Below are positions 47,847 through 58,805 of a stretch of 64,000 nt of DNA, in pieces; positions within the stretch are counted from its first letter, which is position 1; each line of letters starts with the position of its first letter. The DNA is taken from the NCBI GenBank assembly GCA_032718475.1, contig JAUCBJ010001621.1, forward strand, positions 31,492 to 95,491, given 5' to 3'. Position numbers and translations under genes: made by a program. The notes beneath the pieces are model-generated. The model was not told the origin of the DNA. It searched no databases and was given only the letters and a program-made list of their open reading frames with translations. The stretch is from Nemertoderma westbladi. Lineage: Eukaryota; Animalia; Xenacoelomorpha.

Positions 47847-48534
47847 TTGAGTCGCCTGCGCTTGTGATGCCCAACAAGGCTGCTAAAACCCTGTCGTAAA
47901 TCCTCGTCGCCACGTCGCTCGACTGAGACTCTACTGCCTTCTTCGCTAGGACTGCAAGCTCCTCCGTCTGCTTGAATAACGCTGAGTTATATCCTCTTCT
48001 AATCTCTACTAACCCTTCCCTGTCGATGTTCGCTGAATCGGCCAACATCTTCCTTACCTTGTCCGTCGTCCGAGTTATATGTCCGGCATGCGCGCGAAGT
48101 TTCTTCTTTATCGCAATGTCTAGTTCTCTCTCGCTTACCTGACTCACACTCGGTGGACTTGAAGGATTATTTCGGGAACTACGGGTACTCCTAACAGCCG
48201 CTGGGACCACGGCACTTACCATACCCACAGGTCTGGAAACCGGGCTCCGGGCTCTCGCTTCTGCTACACTACCCTCCCTATCACTCACCTCTGTCTGGGT
48301 TGCTGTACAATCCTTCCTTACAGTAGCGGTAGGGGATCCTAATACTATTACCTGAGGTAGTTCTTCTTCCTCACTAGTCACTGTCTCGTCCTCCTGTTCA
48401 CTTACGTCAGCGTCGCTCGCTGCGTCGTCATAGTCGGCATTGTCGTCAACAGTAATATTTACGCTATCGTCAGTCGGCGGTCCGGCCGCCGTCTCATAGC
48501 TGTCCTCTAGTGCCTCTTTGTCTGAGACACTCAT
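47839..48534 (-). CDS. BEL gag extreme N-terminus (acidic), frameshifted
   Basis: ATG preceded by a TTTAG acceptor-like site; overlaps the next ORF in a different frame. Confidence 0.7.
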   Translation of the reverse strand: MSVSDKEALEDSYETAAGPPTDDSVNITVDDNADYDDAASDADVSEQEDETVTSEEEELPQVIVLGSPTATVRKDCTATQTEVSDREGSVAEARARSPVSRPVGMVSAVVPAAVRSTRSSRNNPSSPPSVSQVSERELDIAIKKKLRAHAGHITRTTDKVRKMLADSANIDREGLVEIRRGYNSALFKQTEELAVLAKKAVESQSSDVATRIYDRVLAALLGITSAGDSSE

Positions 48535-49635
48535 AGTCTAAATAATGTTTTGCCTTCCGGCAAAATATCTCGCAAAAGTTCGAGATATAATTATAATTTA
48601 ACCGAAAATACGGTCAAATTATTTGTCAAATAATCAGTTGGTCCAAAATGTAAAATAAATTCGCAATGCAATATTGTGAATTTAATGGGGTATAGTTATA
48701 GCAATTACTAGCACAATATTTAAACAAAATATTATTATTTAGCTACTATATAGTATTAAATACCGGTATAGCACAAAATAACTTCTGAATCTAATACAAA
48801 ATATTCAAAATAAACTTGCCACCCGAATATTTCTAATTTTATATATAGCTCTAATCAACGTAATTTTAATTTCAAATATTATATGTATCCACTAGCGCAT
48901 GGCTACATCTTCGGGTTGCGACTCTCTCTAACTCTCTCTCTAACTTGAGCGATTCAAAAAACCATGGCCGGCTAAACCTAAATATCCTAACTAATAAATT
49001 GAGTTCAGCTTCGCAGTTAAACAACCGATAATTTTTTACTGCTTCCACAAACACACTGGCGCCAACAGAACAACTAACCTTGTTTGCTGTGAGATTCCAC
49101 GTCCGCGTCCAAAGATTCAGGCCCTTCGCTGATTGCAAACCGAACCCGCAGACCCACACGAACCCCAAACTCAGAAGTTCCGTCTTGCCATGTATCTCCA
49201 GATGGTATAAAATAACTAAGCGGTTACCTAACATACCGGTACAAAACTCTAGAATTTTACAAATAATTTTGACCGAAACTGAATTCTCGCAAACCTAGCT
49301 AAAATTTTCAAAAAACTTACTACTGTACTAATTACAATTTGCCCTAAGCTGCTAAGGCCCAAGGAACTGCTGCATTCGCAATTAGTAAAAACGCACTACC
49401 GTACATCCACTGTATGCAGTACAGTAAGTAAAACAGTACACCAACCTAACAGCCTAATGATACTGTATGTGGTACGGCAAAACAAATGTCCCTTCTACCA
49501 TACGCAGTAACAACAATCAGCCTAATGTACTACTGTACTATTGTACGCAGCCAGTGAATACAGTAATCTAAACTAGCAGCCTAAGAATACACTATTGACC
49601 GCTGCAAGCAACAGCCAATAAAAAACATACCTTAC

Positions 49636-51804
49636 TGTTAAACAACCGCGACACCTATACTAACAGCAGAACTGTTGAACAGACAAATACCCGTATACCT
49701 CTCTGCCAACCTAATGAGCTCTCGCCAACCAATAAGACACAAAGACTGCTCTACTGTTAAGTAAAGGGGATCAGGAGCGTGCTATTACTAAATTGTAAAG
49801 GTTGCTAAATACAAAACCGCTACTTACCGTTGGATGGCGCTAATCTGTCGTCCGCTAATATATTTTACTAAATTTACACAGCTCCTGCAAAATCGCTTGT
49901 TCCTTTCTCTACCGATCGCTCGATAGAGAGCTAACTGTTCGAATCTATGAGCCACGCGGGAATAACCAAAACAATAAACCCGAGTCGGCTCCCTAAGCTT
50001 ACTTAAGACGAGTGCGAGGGGCTTTGCACTCAGAGTATATTCTTACGCCTAATTTTACTACTGTTGAAGTACGCTAATGCCTACGTCTTTTCTAATCGCG
50101 AATACTGGGGTTTCCCTAACGGAATGTGTGAATGCGAGAATATTTAAATAAATCAAAATTGGTACAGTACAATGTCTTTCGTAGGTGATACCACTCCGGG
50201 TCTAAACTTGCCTGCAGCTGACTTTAGGCCAGCAACTTACTAGTGTCTTGCGTACTGACTATTGCGATCTAGCTTATTGCCCGCTAATGCAAATAACCGC
50301 TTAGCGTGAATAGTTTACGGTACTCTAAATTATTACCTTAGCTACTCTCCGCTATGCTGCGTACTAATTCTTAATTTTACTAATTAATTACAGTCACAAA
50401 TATGTAACAGCCTAAAATACTGTATTACTTTGACCTAATCCGTAATTATTTACGGTAAACTAAGAGATAGAATCAATCAAAGGGAAAAGAGCGCCTATCT
50501 AAGCATTCGTAATCATAGGCACACTTTAGTAACACACCAATCAGCATCAGCAATCACAGATCACAATAGCACGACTTGCAATTATACAATCTGCAATTAT
50601 ATAATTCGCAACATAATAATTCGCAATTGACTAATTCGCAATCTACTTACTCGCAACTTACTTACTTACTGTAAGGTATGCAGGCTCCTCCCGGGTACAT
50701 CTAGGCTTCCTAACTAACCCAATTCCTGCCCCCTAATATTAAATAGAGACAAAACCTTGGATCATCAGCCCCCTAATTACTGTACCGGCGAGCGGTCTCC
50801 AACCCACAGTCCAAACTGCCCGACCGCAACGTTGACCCCCGCCAGCGTTGCCCGCTTTTGAATCCTCCGCTCTCCCTTAGTCGCTCAACCCCCCGATGTG
50901 CCCACCGCCCACTGGCGCCTTAGCCCTCTATTATGCTAATAGCTACCGTAGCGGCGCATGCAAATCACAAAGTCTGACAGTCTCAGAAATCCCTTAGGAT
51001 TATTGCGCAGAAAAGAATCACATAGAACCATTAATCAAAAGGTAGAAATCATAGTTCAGTTGTAATTAGCAGTAATCGAAGGAATTAATTGAGAAACACA
51101 AGCAAGAGTAATCGCACTAGCAAATCATTTCAAGAAATTAATCAAATTTAGCAAATTGCAGAAAATACGCTAAAAATTGAATAGAGACAGCTCAGCAAGT
51201 ACAAGGTGATAGCAGATCATGTGAGGTGATCATGTGAGGTTCTACCGGCACACCGCCAATTTATAGGTGATCCGGATGGGGTGATGCAATAGGGTGACGC
51301 AATCGCTCTCCTATTGGCTCTCCAGTCCGCGCTAGCATTAGACCAACCTGGAAGCAGCTAGTCCAATAAGGAGGCCGGATTGTAGCCCTATTGCCTGCCC
51401 AAACCTCAAATTATTACCATATATGGTAATGGTTCACGTCCCTGGCTGCTGAATGGCCAGGACAGCGTCCCTATATGCTAGCCCTATTGAAGCTAATATC
51501 AGCAAGCACAAAATCCAGGGTCCGAATAAACTCGCTACCCTGGAACTATCTACATATATCCTAATTCAAAATTACGTAGGTAGGGCTACATATTATACAA
51601 AATGGATGGATTCAAATATATGGGTGTTTCGATTTCCCTATCTAAATATCATTGCGTTATTATGCCTTATCTAAAATATTATGCTGCACAACAGAGTAAT
51701 ATTACATACAGTATAACGGACTAATATTGCATACTGCATAACGACTAATATTGCATACTGCATAATGACTAATATATGTGGATACAGCGCCATATACCGT
51801 AACA
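49636..51804 (-). repeat. 5' LTR (about 2.17 kb)
   Basis: Differs from the 3' LTR by roughly half a dozen substitutions, two 1-bp indels and one short (about 23-24 bp) repeat unit, counted by eye. Confidence 0.95.
51230..51430 (-). promoter_or_regulatory. Candidate LTR promoter
   Basis: CArG box CCATATATGG inside an 18-bp palindrome (51413-51430), CCAAT boxes, TATAAA at 51265-51260, TCA initiator about 30 nt downstream (about 51235). Confidence 0.5.
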
Positions 51805-52822
51805 ATATTGGTTGTAGTTGATTGGCCGCTGTGACACTGCACTACGGCGCGCTTCACGTCTAAGGATTGCTCCCGAGCCTGAAATTTGGTAAGATCACGA
51901 TTAATATAAACATTAGGGTAATTTGATGAGTTTTTCAGATTCTTTTTAGCTTGGTGAATATTGTAGGCCAATTCCACACTTGCTAGCTGTATTGTTATTC
52001 TTCCAGGTTTAGTGTCTCGTGCAGCTAGCTGTGAGACAATCAGAGGTGATGATTGAGAGACGGGAACATTGCAGCCATTTTCCAGAAGCCTAGAAACGCA
52101 ATCTATTGCAGTACCTTCAACGATTTGTAGACCTGTTATAGTTACATTGCATGCACGCTTCTGCGGCTCCTCCACTTCCCGATTTATCTCATTACCATTC
52201 AGACTATGATATGGATGCGGGCTCGGGTCCTTATTAAGCGAGGAAAGACGACTTTTTGTGTGCGAATTAACTGTTTTCCAGCCACCCAGGTTTCTCGATG
52301 TCGGTAGCGGTTTGCAGTGGATGAATCAACAACTGGTTGGGAAGTAAGCTCTTTTCGAAGTGAATCTATTTGAGTTTTAAATATTTCTCCAAGTTTGGAG
52401 ATAATCGTATTTTCAGTTTCCTGACCTCCAGTTGGCTCTATTATCAGGTTCCCTTTTGAAAGGCACACATTACAGATAATTTTGCAGTTGGAACACTTTG
52501 CCATAATCGATACTTCAGTGGCTGTAAGGCGAAGGCAGGTGTTATGTATCCATTTACCGCAGGTTTCACACCCAAGACAGTTATTCCCTATAACGCGCTA
52601 CCGGCAATGAGGGCAATTGTTTTCATTTGACTGTCGCGATTGCATTGTGGACAGGTTTGGGTTAAGTTGACATCCCAATGAGTGACTATCCAACCCGGAA
52701 GTGTCGGCGAACAGTGCATCACAGTGGTGGCACTGGAATAATTCTTGGCTTGGTTTGATAATACTGCTCCGTCTAATACTAGATGTGGTGTTTGTCTTCT
52801 GATCCTTCTTCCCGTTTGCCAT
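51805..52822 (-). pseudogene. CR1-type LINE ORF1 (zinc finger, PHD finger, coiled coil/RRM-like), with stops and frameshifts
   Basis: CHHC...H...C; CPHC...CLGCETCGKWIHNTC...CNVC PHD pattern; NVTITGL...VYINRDLT ORF1 motifs. Confidence 0.8.
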
Positions 52823-52840
52823 ATATATATGTATATATAT

Positions 52841-54293
52841 ACTACTACTAGGTCGAGCGAACTCGGACAGTGGAAATGAGATCCTTCCAGGCTTCCCGAT
52901 TCTCCATAGTTGTCGCAATTTCGTTTCTCCCAAGTCCAGTATCCCTTTCAAATTTGATCTATATATGTTATGGCCGGTCGTCCACGACTACGCTTTCCAT
53001 GAGTTGGTTGCCAGAGAAGTAAATCTGGTATGACCTCGTCTTTACTTCGCCAGCAGTGCCCACTGAATCTTAATCTGCGTTCACGGAAGGTGGTATTGTA
53101 CCATAAGGCTCGGCGTTTGTCATGTGTTGTCTCCAGCTGATGTTTAGGGCTGCCCTTAGTAGTCTTGTGTAGCAACCATCTATTCGATGTTCAAGTGGTT
53201 TAGTCAGTGTCCAGGTCTCACCCCCGCATAAAAATACACTTTCCACTGTGGCTCGAAAGAACTTAGTCTTCCGGTGCCTGGAGAGATCTGATTTCCAGAT
53301 GGTATCCATTTTTGATAGAGCTACCCAAGCCTTTGCTTTCCTAACTTCTATGTCCTTTTTGCTACTCTCTATCCATGATCCAAGGGACTGGAAGTCATCA
53401 ACCTTCCTTAGTTGATTATTATCAATGGTTGTCAAGTTCCCATCAACATTAAAGGTCATGAATTCGGTCTTTGTAGCATTTATATGCAATCCAACCTCCT
53501 TAGCAGCCCTCTCCACTTTATTTAGTAGAAGCTGTGCATCTGCTAGCGTATTAGAGAGCAGGGCGATGTCATCCGCAAAGTCGGTGTATGTGACTGTAGT
53601 TGCCGGATATCTACTACTTCTGCATTCTTGAAGTGTTAATCCCAGATCTTCACCCTTTGTGGCCGTCCTCATTGCGTAATCCAGCACAATTACAAATAGT
53701 AATGGTGCTAATGTGTCACCTTGCAGTACGCCAGCCAGGATTGAGAAAAACTCAGTTTCACCATCTGGTGAGAGTACCTGCGCTTCTGTGTCACAATATA
53801 ACAATCCAATGCCAGCAACAATTACTTCTGGTATTCCATAAGCTCTTAGGATTTCAAGCATTTTACCTCTATGGATGGAGTCGAATGCCTTCTTGAAGTC
53901 CACAAAAGTCATGACTGCGGGGAGATTCTTTGACTTAATTCCTTCAATCAGTCTCCGTAGTGCAAGTATCTGAGCTATTGTTGATCTACTTGGTCGAAAT
54001 CCGTTTTGTCTCTTACGCAGTAGTTTCTCTATGTGAGGCCTAATCCTATATAGAATCATTTTATTGTATATTTTGGCAGCTACCACAAGCAGACAGATCC
54101 CACGATAGTTTGTTGGTATGCCGAGGTCTAATTTCTTAGGGAGAGGCTTTAGTTGACCTTTAGTCCAAATTGGTGGTGGCTTTTCCCCTTTTAACATCCG
54201 GTTGCAAACATCCGATAATGGTCTGTTTAGCACTCCGGTTTTCCATACCTCCGCTGGGATTTCATCTAATCCACTCGCTTTATTATTGGACAT
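52841..54293 (-). mobile_element. 5'-truncated RTE-clade LINE (RT, frameshift near 53090)
   Basis: KASGLD, NYRGI, FVDFKKAFD, GVLQGD, FADD and RRLRFSGH..RGRP motifs; (TAG)n tail at 52841-52850. Confidence 0.9.
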
Positions 54294-54637
54294 GCTTTAT
54301 ATTGTATATACTGTATATATAGAATTAATAATAATAACAATAATAGATGTACGCGTAAATTCAATTTAAATACATTAATAAATCGACAGGCCGGTACCTC
54401 GGGACGCAAGACCATGTCCTGGAATTCTTGTATATTGTTGTCCACCTTTTTCAAATTTGAATAAGGTGGACTGGGTTGAGAAAGAACAGGCAATGAATTT
54501 GACCAATCAGATTGATTTGCACATTATAGCAGCTCTGTCCACGTTTTTAAAAAAATTTCAGAAGGTTTTTATTATCCCATACTTACTGTGAACAACCAGC
54601 CAACCGAAGTTGTCGAAATAGGCCTAGTTCAATAATA

Positions 54638-54690
54638 TGGGGCGAGCCACGCGAAGTCTGTGAGCTGAGCCTGACAGCCTTAGCATCCAT
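54638..54690 (+). mobile_element. Head fragment of the HINE-like family
   Basis: TGGGGCGAGCCACGCGAAG...GCCTTAG. Confidence 0.45.
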
Positions 54691-55317
54691 ATTTGAACGT
54701 CAATATTCTAACTCATTACAGTATAAAGTTAATTATAATAACTACCTATTGTACTGTGGTGCTATGAGGGAAATAGAATATGCTTTATTTACCGTTCATT
54801 CCGAGATCTGTTATTAAACGACCGAACGCAGTGAGGGAGGTAAATAAGTCCCCATATTTTGGGAGTGGAGGTCCGAAATGGAAATGGAAAGTTTTTATTT
54901 ACTTCTATAAGTAAAAACACACCAACATGCACAACACAATAAAATAAGATCATTTTTTTTAAACATTCACTGAGTGACTGATAGAGGCCGTATCTAAATA
55001 ATCAAATATTAATATACATATAGTATACTATACAATACACCGATATAAAAACAAATTTATTACTACAGTCCCGCTCTCAAAAAGCATTCCTTTGATCAAA
55101 CATTGATCAAACTTTGATCAAACATTGATCAAAGTTTGATCACATATTGAAATGAACCAGGCTTATTAATCCTGCCATTGAGTTCTACCAAAGGCGCTAC
55201 ACTTCAAAGTCTAGATTCCCACTGAGCCGTGTGTCAATCAAGCAGCCCTTCTCTCTCTCTCTCGCTCTCCCTGTGTGTGTAATGCTCCATGTGCTCTGTA
55301 GGATGTCTGCAGAGCAC

Positions 55318-56340
55318 TGTAAAAGCCTTTGCTGAATTGCCCCGTTATTTTTATTATTTTTACATTAAAATACTCTGTAGTTGATTTAATAGGTGTAAGA
55401 GACCGTATTATTGCTGTATCGGTGTTTTTTAGAGGATCTAAGAGCTATTTCCTCCGTATGTGTACTGTGGAAGGCATAGTTGATGATTCTATGGCAATTC
55501 CGTGACGCAAAAGGTGATAGCTACTCTTGAACAGTAGTTACTATGACGACGGTTAACAGCTGATATTCATACGTGTCGATTTTCTTTGTTCTACAGCGTC
55601 TCTCAGTTCAGTCAGCCAATCAGAGCATTTTTATGGCTCTTGTACAGAAATTTCCTAGAAATCCCGCAATGCATTATGGGCAGTGTTTACATTCTGTCCT
55701 GAGCCAGGAGAGAGCGGCTTTGGAATATTTTGTGCTTTTCTGTTTTAGCCTAACACTAGTAGGCTTAATTATAAGGACATATATCCGTTATCAAACCAAC
55801 CAAAACACTGGTTAACTGGCCCATACTCAATCAACGCAACATACCTAATCTAATATACCTGTGCATACTTTTATATTGTTATACTGCTATTTACTGTCGG
55901 TTCTTCATAATATGGTTGATGAATTATTATATTTGGAATAACGATAAATAACCCCGAAAACCCAATATTCTTGATATACAGAAGGTAAGAGAGACAGGTT
56001 ACATATAACGATTGTGACTTATGTTAAAGTGGTTTGAAGTGAATCTAATGTTATTTGATAGACCCTACATGAGTCGGTCTGTGTTCCTGTTATATGTGAC
56101 TAAAATCAGTGAAGATCGGCAGATTAGTGTGCAGCATTGTGCAGCGTTGTGTATGAGCGAGACTGATAACGAAGCATTTCCTAAAGAATGCGCCATATAT
56201 GTGAATTGTAACTAAGCCATATCGTTGTGAGTAGTTTAAGTCATAACTCTGTTTTTATAGATAGAGCGCCACGTCCTAAAGGAACTGTTAATATTCCCCG
56301 AAGGTGAATAATATTGTCAGAGATTATATAATACTGTCAG
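55318..56340 (+). repeat. Probable 5' LTR start of the second BEL/Pao (3' end not definable)
   Basis: Begins TGTAAAAGCC; roughly 90% similar by eye to 62985-64000; lies upstream of the gag ORF. Confidence 0.6.
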
Positions 56341-56919
56341 TCGAATAATACATTAGGCTTACATAGCAATAAGATTAAGCCGTCGAACCCAATCTCCCGG
56401 GTATATCCAGCGGGTGAATGATCGCGCACAGATTGGTTTCGACTAGTGTAGTGAATCAAATACTTGTCAGAGGCTAAAAGTGATTTATTATCTAGAAGAC
56501 ATCCTAATTTGGCGGGTTAAACTGCCAAAGGTCTGAAAGCGCGAACAATAACGGATATAGCTTCTTTATTGCAGTAAGCAATAAAGTTGAAAGTACCGGT
56601 CAACCGGTAAACCTGAACGGTACATCTGTAGGTCAGTAGGCCCAACTGCCAGAACCGGTACTGCTGTAGGCCCGTAGGTCCAACTGCCAGAATCGGTACT
56701 TCAGTAGGTTTGTAGGCCCAACTGTCCTAACCGGTACTTCTAGTATAAGTACATTAGTATTATTCGATTTGGATTATTGCATACCGGTAGGCTGTTTAAG
56801 AGATTAGGGACTGTACACCCCTTGTTTCTTTTGGAGCTTACTTATTTCTGTCAGTTTTATTTGTTTGTAGGCCAGTATTGAACAGAAGGCGTGTAAGCCT
56901 GATCAGATAGTACAGACAA

Positions 56920-57480
56920 TTTGTAGGCTGGGCTGTTGTCTGATTGCTGTTAAGTCCGAACGGATTGCAGTGTGTGTAGATCACCTGTCCGATAAAGAAC
57001 GGTTAGGAAGTAGGGGCAGCCAAAGCTGTAAGGTAAACCCCCAACTAAAGAATAAGTCGTACTACTGGGTTAGAACGCATACTACCTAATCATTTCGGAG
57101 TCTGCATGTCCTGTAGTTTATTTAGGCTTGAGAGTACTCTGCCATCGTTTAGTCTGTACTTTGTTTCTGTAGTCTGTACAGGTAGCGTATAATATTTATT
57201 TAGATAATTTGTAGGCTGGATAGTTGTCTGGCTGTTATTAGGTCTGAACGGATTGCAGTGTGTGTAGAGCCTCTGTCCGATAAAGAACGGTTAGGAAGTA
57301 GGGGCAGCCAAAGCTGTAAGGTAAACCCCCATCTAAAGAATAAGTCGTACTACTGGGTTAGAACGCATACTACCTAACCATTTCAGAGTCTGCATGTCCT
57401 GTAGTTTATTTAGGCTTGATAGTAGTCTGTCAGTATTTGGTCTGCATTTTGTTTGAGTGGTTTGTACGCGTAGCGTAATA
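56920..57480 (+). repeat. Tandem duplication of about 290 bp in the BEL-2 LTR/leader
   Basis: 56920-57190 aligns with 57209-57480. Confidence 0.85.
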
Positions 57481-58805
57481 TTTATTATTCAGAGTTTATG
57501 CGATTATTCGCAACATTCATTCCCCAAGTTTGTTCCTACAATAATTGTGTTTGTTATACATACCGCTATAGTTAAATTAACCCCGGTACTACACGGGCTG
57601 CTTGGCGTAGGTAAAGACTGGTGATTTTGTGCACCGGTCACTCCAGCAGATGCCGTGGTTCTTTTAGCTGTTCAAGTATATTTAACTACTGATTATATGT
57701 TGTACAAGTACTCGTACCTAATTTAGGGTTTAGTGTACAGTGCTTTCCGAAAGTAATTAGTGTAGGCATTATATTTGTGTTGTAAAGTGGTTGATAGGCA
57801 CGTTCGATTAGCTCTATTAACTTCTAGGTAGGAACACTCCGTGATACATAACGTAGTACCTATAGCGATACGGCTATAGGTCGTCAGGCGGTGGTATTTT
57901 CCTATCTGGACAACGCAGTGTATTTACTACTACGTATTATTTTCAAATACTGCAGTACCCTGTCCGTTGTAATAACCAGAATTCTAACCCTTTGTTAGGC
58001 TGGTTTGTAGACTTCTTGTAAAATTACCCTGAAAATTCGTATTTTGTGTTTTTGTAAATTTTTGTGTTTATTTAGAGATTGTAATCTCACCCGAATTGTA
58101 CGTAATTTGTAGTATTAAGTAACTTAGGTAAATTAGCATTATTTGTTTTAGTGTCCTATAAGTAACACTTCACTGAAAGCGCACCGCTTTGTGTAGTGAT
58201 TACTCCCCAGAAATAATAACATTTATTTCAAACATTGACAAAACCCATTAAAACGGGTATATATATATTATAAATCAAATCTAACAATTTATAAATAGTA
58301 GGCCTACCATACAACCATTAGGTCTCAATATCAGTTGGACTACTGCTCAAATAGCGGTAATAAAGTAAGTAAAGTAACCAAGTAACCCTAAAATTCAGAA
58401 ATTCAATTATTTAAAATAATTGATATACCGGTATTTACGATAGGCCTATTATCTTTATTTCTATAAGTTTCGGCTGAAATTATACCGGTACTTGTAATTA
58501 ATTCTAGTCCAGAATTATATATACTATAAACTGTAAGCTGTATACCGGTATTCCCGATAGGCCTATTATATATTTATATATATTTGTGCTAAAATTATAC
58601 CGGTATTCTGTGATAAACCTAGTCTGTAATAATACTTATATAGTTATATATACTATAAGCATACCGGTATTCTAATATAATATATATATCACGCTACACT
58701 GAGTAGCAGTATAAGTAATTAATTACTAGGCTAGCAGTTAATACTGAGTTACTAGACTTGCTCAGACTGTAATATAGCAGTAGACATTCAACTGTACACA
58801 TAAAC

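Larger units (their letters stand above)
35339..51804 (-). mobile_element. Full-length BEL/Pao LTR retrotransposon, 16.5 kb
   Basis: Two near-identical TG...CA LTRs, 5-bp TSD ATATT (35334-35338 and 51805-51809), gag-PR-RT-RH-IN domain order. Confidence 0.96.

Noticed and set aside
49057-49064. TGGCGCCA as the BEL primer-binding site
   Set aside because: About 570 nt from the LTR end fixed by the TSD; a PBS must abut the LTR unless an insertion intervened, which was not evident
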